Below are positions 31,640 through 41,500 of a DNA stretch of 64,000 nt, piece after piece. The notes under the pieces were generated by a model. The model was not told the DNA's origin. It made no database searches and was given only the letters and a program-made list of their open reading frames with translations. How positions within the stretch are numbered: position 1 is the stretch's first letter; every line of letters begins with the position of its first letter. Origin of the DNA: a bacterium (GTDB lineage Bacteria > Hinthialibacterota > Hinthialibacteria > Hinthialibacterales > Hinthialibacteraceae). Where the stretch lies: NCBI GenBank assembly GCA_963663405.2, contig CAXXSM010000105.1, forward strand, positions 1 to 64,000, given 5' to 3'. The translations under genes and the position numbers were made by a program.

Positions 31640-33496
31640 ATGAAATTCATGGGTGTCGTAGTGTGTGTTCTCGCGCTGACGGCGGGTCTTGGTTTCACGC
31701 AGGATTTGGACATAAACAAATGGCCGCCCGATACAGATTTCACACAAGAAGTACATTACTGGAGCGCAGATGATTTTCTCTATGAAACGATTCCCTCCGG
31801 CGCCGGCCGCGATTTTGTCGATAGCCTTCTTATTCTAACCGGGGGCGATCAGGTTACCGATGACGTGGTTATCGGTGGGTATGACGGCATAAAAGCCACT
31901 ATGCAGTATTTCAATGTCGCAGATGAATTTTATGATTTCTGGCCGGATTATTATTATGATGTCTGGCCGGATTTTATGAACGTCGACGTATTAGTTCAAT
32001 ATTTCGCCAACGCCGAATCCATTCGCGATAACTTGGGATTTCGCCTCGGTACATTGGAGAATCGGCATACTGTGGATGGATACACATGTGAGTCTTTAAC
32101 CGATCAATGGGAATGGAGAGTGTTCCGTGTCGATAATAGTAACGCGTGGCTTGGAAACTTAGCCGATAGTACTGGTGGGGGCCAATACGGAGGCGTCAAT
32201 GGAGGCACGATCCGCTTTCAAAATACGACCGGCCTGATTTTCCGGGCTGTGGCGATCGGTCCGGAAGGCGCATTTGGGGATCCGGATAGGATCAATAGAT
32301 CCAATACCGTTGACTTTGATCCCAATCCATACGCCATTCTTGCGGAATGGGATATCGACAAAGGAATTACCAACGGACTCGATCTTTACATGGATGAAGA
32401 AGGTGATCAGGAACCAATCATTTCTGAGTCTATCGGCCCCGCTGACGATCAACGCAAAGCGGCCCGGCCCGCCAAGGGAGATGGAAGCGATGGGATTGAA
32501 GACAATTACCTGAATTGGTTGATCCTCGACGAACACTTCGGTCCAACCAGTCAGCCCAGTTTCCGCATCAAAGTAGTCGCAGAATATTACGACGATCCCA
32601 TCCTGGCGGGAGAAACGTTTGGACCAGATGTCTACATGACTGCTGGCGGTGGTGATCCCGTACCTTATCCGGCTGAAAATTGGACGGTCCTAACGGGAAG
32701 CGGCCAGTGGCTGGAAGCGGAATGGTATGTGCCTGATGTTAAACTCATCGGTGTGAATATCCCGTCGGACGCGCAGGCCGGGCCACGCTTCTATTTTAGC
32801 GGGCCTATTTACATAAGCCGTCTCCGTATGGGCGCCATCCGGTCATCGGGCATTTATGAAGGCGTCGATCCGATTCCGGATTCGTACCCATTCAATCCCG
32901 ATCCCTATGGAATCTATGCGGAAATGGATTTAGATCAAGATCTCTTTGATCATCTCAATATGGCCAATAACGGAGGCGATCAGGAATATATCATTGAGGA
33001 AGGAATAGGCCCGGCTGGTGATATTCGAACCGCTGTGCGCCCCGCTTTGGATTTGGGGACGGATCCATTTGACCGGTATATGAATTTTGCGATTTTGGAT
33101 GAGGTATTCGGTCCCAACGATCAGCCCAACGCCGTGGTAAAAATGGCTGTCGATTATTTCGATGATCCAGAACTGATTGGCGCGCAATTCGGAGCGGAAG
33201 TGTATAAAACAAACGCGTTTGGAACGCTTCAGATTGTCTCGGTTCCCAACGATCAACGTATCACTCTTGAAGGCGCCAACACTTGGCGCACCGCCGCCTG
33301 GCAGGTTGATAATTTAAACTTCAGCGGTGTAAACGTCAGCCCGCAAGGAGCGATGCGCCTCTGGTTTTCGGATAACAGCGCGATTCATATCAGCCGGGTT
33401 CGCATTGCGGTGATCCGGCCCGTTGGAGAATTCGCGGGTGTGGATATGCTGGCGGATGTTCCTTTAACCCCCGTCACCGGATGGGAATTGTACTAA
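31640..33496 (+). CDS. Secreted acidic protein with three internal repeats, VxxWxLY tail
   Basis: Signal peptide; GDQ..IG[PG] units three times; ends TPVTGWELY. Confidence 0.85.
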   Translation: MKFMGVVVCVLALTAGLGFTQDLDINKWPPDTDFTQEVHYWSADDFLYETIPSGAGRDFVDSLLILTGGDQVTDDVVIGGYDGIKATMQYFNVADEFYDFWPDYYYDVWPDFMNVDVLVQYFANAESIRDNLGFRLGTLENRHTVDGYTCESLTDQWEWRVFRVDNSNAWLGNLADSTGGGQYGGVNGGTIRFQNTTGLIFRAVAIGPEGAFGDPDRINRSNTVDFDPNPYAILAEWDIDKGITNGLDLYMDEEGDQEPIISESIGPADDQRKAARPAKGDGSDGIEDNYLNWLILDEHFGPTSQPSFRIKVVAEYYDDPILAGETFGPDVYMTAGGGDPVPYPAENWTVLTGSGQWLEAEWYVPDVKLIGVNIPSDAQAGPRFYFSGPIYISRLRMGAIRSSGIYEGVDPIPDSYPFNPDPYGIYAEMDLDQDLFDHLNMANNGGDQEYIIEEGIGPAGDIRTAVRPALDLGTDPFDRYMNFAILDEVFGPNDQPNAVVKMAVDYFDDPELIGAQFGAEVYKTNAFGTLQIVSVPNDQRITLEGANTWRTAAWQVDNLNFSGVNVSPQGAMRLWFSDNSAIHISRVRIAVIRPVGEFAGVDMLADVPLTPVTGWELY

Positions 33497-33559
33497 ATGC
33501 ACAAAGTGGAACCATGCGATTGAATTACGCTTTGCGGGATAAACGCTGTCACAAAGAAC

Positions 33560-33588
33560 GGGGCGTGGAAGAATCTATTCCACGCCCC
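33560..33588. terminator. Hairpin terminator between convergent genes
   Basis: 11-bp stem ggggcgtggaa/ttccacgcccc. Confidence 0.7.
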
Positions 33589-33619
33589 ATTTCAAACTGT
33601 CTTATCGAGAAAAATTAAC

Positions 33620-35002
33620 TTAGCGCAACATCCAACTTTCAACGCTGGCGGGCATGTGATCGGATGTGACGGTCAACCGGACGACATTGGTGAATCCAGC
33701 GCCTGTCGCGTAAATGATGATGAATGAGTCGCTGACGGGATCGTATTTGACATCATGATAGTTAGCGTCGTTGCTGATCGCAGTAGGTGTTTCCACCAGT
33801 TTGTATAGATCGTCAGGACGCCCTGGGAGGATTTCACCTTCCGGACCGAGAAGCGTAAACACCATCCCCTGAAAACCTCCGCTGGCGTTGTGAGATATCA
33901 CAATTACACCGCTGTTTGGATCGGCGGCAAGCCGTGGATGACGCTGGCTGAACGGCACACTTCCTGCCGCTTCCAAATAAGGAATTTGTTCCCGCGCTTC
34001 TTCCAAAACGTAATCGGGCGCCGGACCGATATTGAAATAGAAAATATCGCCGCCTTCCGCGCCGTTCGCGTAATCGAGAACACCAATAAATTCTCCATTA
34101 AAAGGATTCTCAATGGCGGAGGGATGGCCGGCGTCGAAATTCTTGCGCAGCTGGGAAACGATTCGTTGTTCACCCAATTGCAGACTACCATCATCGCCCG
34201 GCACAGTTTGAATCATCCGGCTTGAGATCCGATTGGGAGATGTGGATGGATCAATGTTTGTGATAAAGAGGAAGACGTCGTTCTCTTCTAAATAATAGAC
34301 GTCTGGATCGTCTTCATCACGTGTTGGTTCGAGAGAATCCAATCGAGTCGCTTCAGCGGTCAGGAGATTGCCGTCCTGATCGTACAGCAGACCGATAACG
34401 CCTTCACTTTCATCGGGTGGATCATATTCGGACACATAGATCATGTTCCCATTTTGCGAACTGCACGCTACGGCGGTATCCTGATAATTGAATTCGGTTT
34501 CCGGATCAAACGACCACGCTTTCACAACGGGATCCGCATCCCCTGCCGCGCTCTTGGCGTTAACGATCGCCATCAACGGAACGCGCGCGCCCGTGGGGGA
34601 ATAGCCGTCCGCCGCCACCGCTACAAAGTATTGGTTGCTGACCGGATTGTAGGCGACGGTCAATTTCTGCAATTCTCCGTAGGGATTGCCGACAATAATA
34701 AAAGGATCGCCGACTTGTGTGAGGGTCACAGGATTGTAAAAGAAACCCATGACCGCATGGACAGCGGGGTCTCCCGTGATGGGATCGTTATCCACCGCGA
34801 TGGTGTCGATCGTAACGAACAGGATTTCCGGTTCGTTTGTGTTCACGGCCAATCCCGCTTCTTTGGTGCTGGTCTCTTCAAACAGGGTGATCGGTTCACT
34901 GATCGTGAACTCGGGTTCCTGCGCGGCGGCGAAGCCACATAAGACGAGATTCGCCAGGATAGCGAACACCGCGCATTTGCTTAAAATACCTTTTTTCATC
35001 AC
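33620..35002 (-). CDS. Secreted acidic beta-propeller-like protein, VxxWxLR tail
   Basis: Signal peptide ending AAA/Q; recurring blade-like motifs (VAYNPVSNQYFV, VKYDPVSDSFII); ends ASVESWMLR. Confidence 0.8.
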   Translation of the reverse strand: MMKKGILSKCAVFAILANLVLCGFAAAQEPEFTISEPITLFEETSTKEAGLAVNTNEPEILFVTIDTIAVDNDPITGDPAVHAVMGFFYNPVTLTQVGDPFIIVGNPYGELQKLTVAYNPVSNQYFVAVAADGYSPTGARVPLMAIVNAKSAAGDADPVVKAWSFDPETEFNYQDTAVACSSQNGNMIYVSEYDPPDESEGVIGLLYDQDGNLLTAEATRLDSLEPTRDEDDPDVYYLEENDVFLFITNIDPSTSPNRISSRMIQTVPGDDGSLQLGEQRIVSQLRKNFDAGHPSAIENPFNGEFIGVLDYANGAEGGDIFYFNIGPAPDYVLEEAREQIPYLEAAGSVPFSQRHPRLAADPNSGVIVISHNASGGFQGMVFTLLGPEGEILPGRPDDLYKLVETPTAISNDANYHDVKYDPVSDSFIIIYATGAGFTNVVRLTVTSDHMPASVESWMLR

Positions 35003-35296
35003 ATACCTCCATTAAAAAAAATGTGTTTTGTGGATTCAGAACAGATAGAACCCAATACAAAGACGGCAAAAGTATAACTTGTATAGTGTTCAGGTCAGAA
35101 GTCCGTCTCTCCACGATAGCGGCAATTTAATGATATAATAATGTTCTTAATAGTATGTTAACGCTTTTTTCTTATTATTAATAGTGTACATCGAAAGAAT
35201 GCCCTAAAAGAAGATCACCATTTTTAAAAAACCGAGAGACTACAAATGCAAGTTGGAGAGATGATATTTAACCTTTGAAAGGGAGGAGTTTATTTC

Positions 35297-35455
35297 ATGG
35301 AAACATTTTTAGCGAAAATCTGCCAAGTGTGTCCGTTTTGTATTGCGAGGCGGAAATGGCCGGATAGCGGGTACGCTCGATTTATGCGCAAGATAGAAAA
35401 AAACTGCCCGTTTTGCCGCGCGTACAATCGATTGAAGGCGAAAGAGCGGAAGTGA
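35297..35455 (+). CDS. 52-aa Cys-rich basic small protein (CxxCPFC...CPFC), absent from the ORF track
   Basis: SD gggaggag; METFLAKICQVCPFCIARRKWPDSGYARFMRKIEKNCPFCRAYNRLKAKERK. Confidence 0.75.
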   Translation: METFLAKICQVCPFCIARRKWPDSGYARFMRKIEKNCPFCRAYNRLKAKERK

Positions 35456-35803
35456 TATATAGGCTATTCAATTAATCCAATATAGTGTTATTAAGCGCTT
35501 TCTCCATCAACGACGATAGAGGATAATAAAGATAGACTCTAGTCGTTGAGCGAAACAAATATTTATTAGAATCTGTCTCCAAGAAATCTCTAGGTAAATG
35601 ACCATTCCCTCACGATCTGTGTGACTGACGCTCAATAATCATGCGCAAACAGTCTATGACCAATTTTGCGAGGTGTAGATAACTCTCATTAAATAAAAGG
35701 TTATATAATAAGTAATTAATGAAAACGATTTCTTAGAAACTAAACCAAAAACAGCTTTGAGTGGTTCATAAAATCAAACCACCGGCTCATTCGAAGATCA
35801 TGA

Positions 35804-36853
35804 CTAAAATGGCAAACCGCAATTTACACTTATGGTGCGATGTCGAAGAGCAGAATTGTCTGAAGGGAAATAAGCAGCAGCATATATTTCTACATCAGCA
35901 ATTAAGCTAATATCAGCTTGGCTGTTTTGCTCCCATTCAATAAAACCAAAACCAGTTATAAAATCGTTGTTATTCTTCATTTTCAAAAGTATTGTCTTTT
36001 GTGGCAATAAATCAAATTGGACAGTATTATTTGTAGTTGATCCAGTATTTTCAATGTATGTACCTGAAGTAGTTCCATCTATTAGTACTGTAAGTAATCC
36101 GCTATTTTTATCATTATTATCCGTTAATATAGAACCATCACTCTTTACTAATGTAACATAAACAGTTGAAACATCGTCTGCAATATTTGATATACTTATA
36201 AAACACTCATGATCATGGTATCCGGAATCATAACAACTCCACTTAGAGATATATGCTTTTCCTCTAGCCTTCGGGATAACATCAACTACAATCTCCGCAG
36301 GTTGATCTAAATCCACATATTCTTTACTAGGTATACGGACATCCACAAGACTTTCTGTGGTTGGCCGCATGGCTAGGCCATTATTAGCTGCTGTTCCGTC
36401 CACCCAAGCTTTTACTAGGTCTGTAATATCTACGACAATGGTTGTACCGATTTCCTCAGTGATAAATACATGATTGGCTTCGACTACAGCATTGACGGGC
36501 GGCATGTTGGAGGCTGTAATCGCGCTTTCGTTCCATGAACCTTCCACGGAAGCGAATTCCACTTCGCCCGGTGAATCCATGATGTTGACATACAATTTTA
36601 GATGCGCGCTTACAATATCCGAACCGCGATACTCTGCCAGAGTGGCGGTGTCAAACTTAAAAAATCCAAGTCGTCCTTGGCCAACAACATCATCCGCGCG
36701 CACATGGTTATTCGCACCCACATTGGTGTCAGGAAGAAATTCCAACACAGTAGCGTCATCAGTGACTGGTAATGTAAGCGTATCTGCATAAGTTGAAACA
36801 GCCCCAATAAAAAGGATACTCGTGATCGTTAAAACTAGACTTACGCTTCTCAT
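35804..36853 (-). CDS. Secreted DNRLRE/CBM96-like domain protein with an AT-rich C-terminal domain
   Basis: DATVLEFLPDTN, FFKFD..IVSAHLKLY, WNESAIT and DITDLVKAWVDG..NNG motifs. Confidence 0.8.
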   Translation of the reverse strand: MRSVSLVLTITSILFIGAVSTYADTLTLPVTDDATVLEFLPDTNVGANNHVRADDVVGQGRLGFFKFDTATLAEYRGSDIVSAHLKLYVNIMDSPGEVEFASVEGSWNESAITASNMPPVNAVVEANHVFITEEIGTTIVVDITDLVKAWVDGTAANNGLAMRPTTESLVDVRIPSKEYVDLDQPAEIVVDVIPKARGKAYISKWSCYDSGYHDHECFISISNIADDVSTVYVTLVKSDGSILTDNNDKNSGLLTVLIDGTTSGTYIENTGSTTNNTVQFDLLPQKTILLKMKNNNDFITGFGFIEWEQNSQADISLIADVEIYAAAYFPSDNSALRHRTISVNCGLPF

Positions 36854-37308
36854 AATTCTCCACCTTTGCATAGATATTTACAGAACTAAATATATTTATG
36901 CAGTTCTGTTATTAATTTCTTTGATTGAAAATTAAATGCAAAAATCACTCTATCTTAAAAATATAAAATTCAAAAGTCAAGTGAGCCTTTTACAAAATAG
37001 ATAAAGAGGATGTTTTTCATAATATAGATCAACAATCATGTAGAACTCTAGAAAATGGACATTATTTCGGAAATCTCCTGTAGATAGATTTTCAAATGAA
37101 AGAAAAATATATTTTATCTGACGGTGTGCGTCTATTTGAATTAAATTCTGATTGAAATTTTTTCACACCTCTTGTCTGAATCGTCAACACAAATCAAACT
37201 GTTAGCGAGTGATTAGGAGGAATGCTGAGGCCATAGAGTATCTCTCCGCCGTTCGTTTTCACACCGATACGAAAGAACTCGATCTTTTCCACATCAGGAG
37301 CACAATGG

Positions 37309-38319
37309 ATGAAGTTACTTATCACCGGAGCGTCCGGTTATCTGGGCGCCGCGATTTTGCACGAGGCGCTCGCGGAAGGGTATCGAATACGGGTGTTACT
37401 CCGTCCTGAATCGGATCGCAGCCAAATTCCAGACGAAGTGGAAATCATTCAAGGCAATCTACTTGATTCGCATTCTCTTCATCAAGCGATGAAAGGCTGC
37501 GGCGCTGTGATTCATTCCGCGGGGCTGGTTTCGATCTGGCGCCGCAATCCAAATGATTTTTATCAAACCAACGTATTGGGAACCGTTAACATATTGCGCG
37601 CGGCGCGGGATGAAAAAGTGGCGCGCGTCGTGTATACCTCGTCGTTTTTCGCACTCGGCCCCACCCGCGAACGGCCCGCGGATGAAACCTGGAGCAACCA
37701 TCTCACCCTGCCGCCAACCGAATATGCGCGGAGCAAAACCGAAGCGGATAAACGAGTCATGAATTGGGTTGAGGAAGGAAACAACGCAGTCCTGCTCTAT
37801 CCCGTATTTTTATATGGGCCAGGGAAATCAGAGAAAGGGAACTGTGTTTCCACGCTATTGGAAGACTATATAAATAGAAGAATCCCCGGTGTCATCTATG
37901 GAGGGAATAAACGCTGGACTTATTCCTACCTACAGGATGTGGCGCGCGGTCACATTCTCGCCTTGGAAAAAGGACGTACGGGAGAGAAATATATCCTTGG
38001 CGGAGAAGACGCGACGCTGCGAGAGTTATTCGACATTGTGAAAGATATTACAGGCGTGGAACGCTCACGCGGAAGACGAACCTCGCGCTTTCTCAACCAA
38101 TACGCTTGGTTGGAGGAGACAAAAGCGCGTTTTTTCAAACAATATACTCCAAAAATGACACGGGAGAGTTTGGGCGTTTACCGGCATCATTGGCGGTATT
38201 CTTCCCAGAAAGCCATCGGTGAATTAGGCTACATTCGCACGCCGTTGAAAGTAGGAATCATAAAAACGCTGGAAAGCCTGGGGCTGGCGCCGAAAGAAGA
38301 CCGGAGCACAATTCTATAA
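37309..38319 (+). CDS. NAD-dependent epimerase/dehydratase (HpnA/DFR-like)
   Basis: ITGASGYLG, YARSK and DVARGHILALEKGRTGEKYILGG motifs. Confidence 0.9.
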   Translation: MKLLITGASGYLGAAILHEALAEGYRIRVLLRPESDRSQIPDEVEIIQGNLLDSHSLHQAMKGCGAVIHSAGLVSIWRRNPNDFYQTNVLGTVNILRAARDEKVARVVYTSSFFALGPTRERPADETWSNHLTLPPTEYARSKTEADKRVMNWVEEGNNAVLLYPVFLYGPGKSEKGNCVSTLLEDYINRRIPGVIYGGNKRWTYSYLQDVARGHILALEKGRTGEKYILGGEDATLRELFDIVKDITGVERSRGRRTSRFLNQYAWLEETKARFFKQYTPKMTRESLGVYRHHWRYSSQKAIGELGYIRTPLKVGIIKTLESLGLAPKEDRSTIL

Positions 38320-38356
38320 TTGTTTTTTATCGATTTCGTGGAAACGCAACTTTGAT

Positions 38357-39403
38357 TTAGAAAAGACTCCAATGATATACGGAGACGGGTTCACCGGCGA
38401 TCGAACCCGCGTTCAATCCATCAAGGCCCAAGCCGGACGCGGGAGAGCCGGATTGGAGGTTGAAATCCAGATCGGCGTTCAACGTTCCGGGCGTCACGTT
38501 GACGTACAATGGATTATAAACGACAGAGTCAATAATTTCCGGTTCGGCGCCGCCCGTCACCAAGAGTTCTCCTTCCGAAACCAGATCCCAGAGCACCGAA
38601 TTTTTAATCGTTAATGATCCTTGTGTCAGATAGATATCATCAGTTTCGACAGTTCCATCATTGCCGTTCGTTGCAAGGAGTATGGAATTGGTAATGGTGA
38701 CGGAAGGCCCTTCATTAGGGGCGGCTTCAGGATCATCGAGCCTCATGCTCACGGCTAAGTCATGATTAAAAAAATCACAATGGTCAAAGGTGGCGTACGA
38801 GGTATCCCGGAGATTGATGATTGAAGAAGGGGCGCCGAAATCGGATGGATAATCGGCTGTGATCGCGAAGACACAGTTCTTTACAATCATGGGCGCGGCG
38901 GGTGTTCCAACCGTCCGTCCACCGGTTGATTTGAAGATCGTCTGGCAGTTGATAAACCATACATTCTCAAAGATGACAGGAGCGTCTGAAGGCGAATCGA
39001 CACTTCCCGTGCGTAGATCAAGCGCGCGGCCATCCGCGTTCAAGATCGTTATGTTCCGGATAATCGCAGGCCCCCGAATCGAAAAGGCTCTTGCGTCATC
39101 CTCCGAGGCTGAATAGGAATAGAAATCCAAGATGGTCGCTTCGGGACCGAGACCGCTGCCCGAACCTTCGAGTACGGGAGTTTCATCTTGAAAACGCAGT
39201 TGAACGCCCATCTCATAAAGACCTGGCGCGAGTTTCATGGTATACGTGTCATCATAGTCTCTTAAATCGATGGAAATTAATACAGCGTCTTCTGGTTCGT
39301 ATTCCAGGATTTCCTGTGAAACCGCCGGTACAATAAAGAAAAGCGCAAGAATAAGAAAGGAGCCGATGCTCATTCCATTTCGGTTAGCCATTATTTCCTC
39401 CAT
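38357..39403 (-). CDS. Secreted parallel beta-helix-like protein, VxxWxLF tail
   Basis: KLAPGLY, FENVWF/VKNCVF/FDHCDF/ITNSIL coil pattern, DFNLQSGSPA; ends VSVYHWSLF. Confidence 0.8.
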   Translation of the reverse strand: MEEIMANRNGMSIGSFLILALFFIVPAVSQEILEYEPEDAVLISIDLRDYDDTYTMKLAPGLYEMGVQLRFQDETPVLEGSGSGLGPEATILDFYSYSASEDDARAFSIRGPAIIRNITILNADGRALDLRTGSVDSPSDAPVIFENVWFINCQTIFKSTGGRTVGTPAAPMIVKNCVFAITADYPSDFGAPSSIINLRDTSYATFDHCDFFNHDLAVSMRLDDPEAAPNEGPSVTITNSILLATNGNDGTVETDDIYLTQGSLTIKNSVLWDLVSEGELLVTGGAEPEIIDSVVYNPLYVNVTPGTLNADLDFNLQSGSPASGLGLDGLNAGSIAGEPVSVYHWSLF

Positions 39404-39495
39404 ATGGTTTATCTGGGCGTTTGATCGTTCGAGATAGTTTTATTCTAACATTTTATTTTCAAGAAGAAACATGCAATTCAATCCCACCCCAATTT

Positions 39496-39594
39496 TTATC
39501 CCCAATTCGCTGTGGATAAAATGTTGAAAAGGTGTTTTTCGCCCTGTATAACCGGTGATTCGCAGGTGGTATCCTGTGGATAACCTGTGGATGA
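39496..39594. promoter_or_regulatory. DnaA-box cluster upstream of dnaB
   Basis: Perfect TGTGGATAA at 39511 and 39575; near matches TTATCCCCA (39496), TGTTGAAAA (39522) and TGTGGATGA (39586). Confidence 0.7.
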
Positions 39595-39761
39595 AAAAAT
39601 GTTCAGAAAAAGTGAATTTTGTTATTGATTTCAGGCGCGGTTTGCTTACAATAAACACCACTATTATTCAATTGAATCGCTGTCATGTAATTCAGGGTTA
39701 TTCCTCATTTAATTTCGGTTTCATGCTTTTGAACCTTTCATCTCATCTCTAGGACACACTC

Positions 39762-41165
39762 ATGGCTAAGGTTGAACGTATACATACACAGGATCGAACT
39801 CCTCCACACAACCTGGAAGCCGAGAAAAAAGTGTTGGGCGCGATGATCCGCGATATGGAAGCGATCCACAGGGCGCACGAGATTTTAGGCGCCGACGCGT
39901 TCTATCAACCCAGCCATCAAAAAATTTATGACGCGCTGATCGAACTATCCTCTAAAAACACGGCGATTGATTTGACAACGCTTTCCGATCTGTTGGAACG
40001 GAAGGGGGAACTCAAAGCGATCGGAGGACCGTATTATTTAATCGAAATGGCGCAGAGCGTCGCGACCTCCGCCAACATCGATTACCATGCGGCGATTGTG
40101 CGCGAGCGGGGGATGCGCCGGAAACTGATCCGCCAATGCTCTGAGATCATCAAAGAGGCGTATGAAGGGGAAGACGAAGCCGAACAGATTCTCAACCGGG
40201 CGGAGTCGAGTATCTTTCAACTCTCCCAGCAGCGGTCCGGCCGGTCGTTCAATCCTGTAGGAAAATTTCTCGATACGGCGATGGAGAAGATCCAGCTCGC
40301 GCACGAACAAAGCGGGGCGCTGACCGGACTGGCGAGCGGATTCCGGGATTTGGATAAATTGACATCGGGTTTCCAGAAGTCCGATTTAATTATCCTAGCC
40401 GCTCGTCCTTCCGTAGGGAAAACGAGTCTCGTTTTGAATATCGCGGAATATGCGGCTCTTTCGGGAATTCCAGTCGGAATTTTTTCTTTGGAAATGAGCA
40501 GCGAGCAGATTGCGGAACGTGTGCTCTGCTCGCAAGCGCGGGTGAACTTGAAGCACCTCCGGTCGGGTTATTTCACGAAACGGGAAGCGTCGACGCTGTT
40601 AAAGACGGCGGGGAAAATATACGATATTCCTCTCTATATAGACGATACGCCCAGTTTGAACCCGACCGATGTCTTCAGCCGTTCCCGCCGGTTGAAATCG
40701 GAGTGTCCCGGTCTCGGATTGCTGATTATCGATTATTTACAATTGATGAGCGCGCGAAAAAGTTCTGACAACCGTCAGCAGGAAGTGTCGGAAATCTCGC
40801 GGTCTCTGAAGATCCTAGCCCGTGATTTGGACATCCCCATCATCGCCTGCTCACAGCTATCACGCGCAGTGGAAAAACGCGACGACCATGTGCCCCGGCT
40901 TTCGGATTTGAGAGAATCGGGCGCGATCGAACAGGACGCGGACCTTGTCGCCTTCCTGCACAGGGAACCTCTCAAAGGGGAAGTGGAGGATGAAGAGGAA
41001 GAGGACGAGATGGAAGCGGGCCGCCAGATCCATTACGCCTATAAAATCATCGTCGGCAAACACCGCAACGGCCCGATCGGAGAAATCGACATCTACTTCG
41101 CCCGTGAATACACGCGGTTTTATGATGTGTCACAGGAGGAACCGGATGAGTTGGTTCCGTTTTAG
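39762..41165 (+). CDS. dnaB: Replicative DNA helicase
   Basis: PPHNLEAE, AARPSVGKT, IDYLQL, SQLSRAVE and SDLRESGAIEQDAD motifs. Confidence 0.97.
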   Translation: MAKVERIHTQDRTPPHNLEAEKKVLGAMIRDMEAIHRAHEILGADAFYQPSHQKIYDALIELSSKNTAIDLTTLSDLLERKGELKAIGGPYYLIEMAQSVATSANIDYHAAIVRERGMRRKLIRQCSEIIKEAYEGEDEAEQILNRAESSIFQLSQQRSGRSFNPVGKFLDTAMEKIQLAHEQSGALTGLASGFRDLDKLTSGFQKSDLIILAARPSVGKTSLVLNIAEYAALSGIPVGIFSLEMSSEQIAERVLCSQARVNLKHLRSGYFTKREASTLLKTAGKIYDIPLYIDDTPSLNPTDVFSRSRRLKSECPGLGLLIIDYLQLMSARKSSDNRQQEVSEISRSLKILARDLDIPIIACSQLSRAVEKRDDHVPRLSDLRESGAIEQDADLVAFLHREPLKGEVEDEEEEDEMEAGRQIHYAYKIIVGKHRNGPIGEIDIYFAREYTRFYDVSQEEPDELVPF

Positions 41166-41500
41166 GGATTTTCGTTCCTATCATAATTTTTGTGATCGTT
41201 AAAATACAGTTTGGCCGAATCCACTACTCGCTTTAAAAGCGCCATATCTTGTTGATTCATATCTTTAACTTGAAGTAGGGAACGGATTTTCTCCTCACTG
41301 AACGTACTATACAACTGGCCAATACCAACGTTCAAAAACGAGCAAGTCAAAGTAGTGATGTTTCGAAATGAAAGTACAACAACACGCTCATTTCTTAAGG
41401 CGGTTTCAAGACGATTGTAGACTTTTTGTCCATCGCTGGAAGCGAAACAAAAAGGGCTTCCCGCAATTTCATAAATGGAAAGTTCTATTTGTTTATCCAT
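41162..41500 (-). CDS. STAS-like (DUF4325-like) protein
   Basis: DGQKVY..VVLSFRNITTLTCSFLNVGIGQLY; low GC; stop overlaps the dnaB stop. Confidence 0.7.
   Translation of the reverse strand: MDKQIELSIYEIAGSPFCFASSDGQKVYNRLETALRNERVVVLSFRNITTLTCSFLNVGIGQLYSTFSEEKIRSLLQVKDMNQQDMALLKRVVDSAKLYFNDHKNYDRNENP

Noticed and set aside
35804-35830. C-terminus SVNCGLPF as an eighth tail motif
   Set aside because: It has Val at -7 and a terminal Phe but lacks the invariant Trp at -4.
39656-39669. DnaA-trio element
   Set aside because: Only two or three trio-like units (cta tta ttc), not adjacent to a box; too weak.
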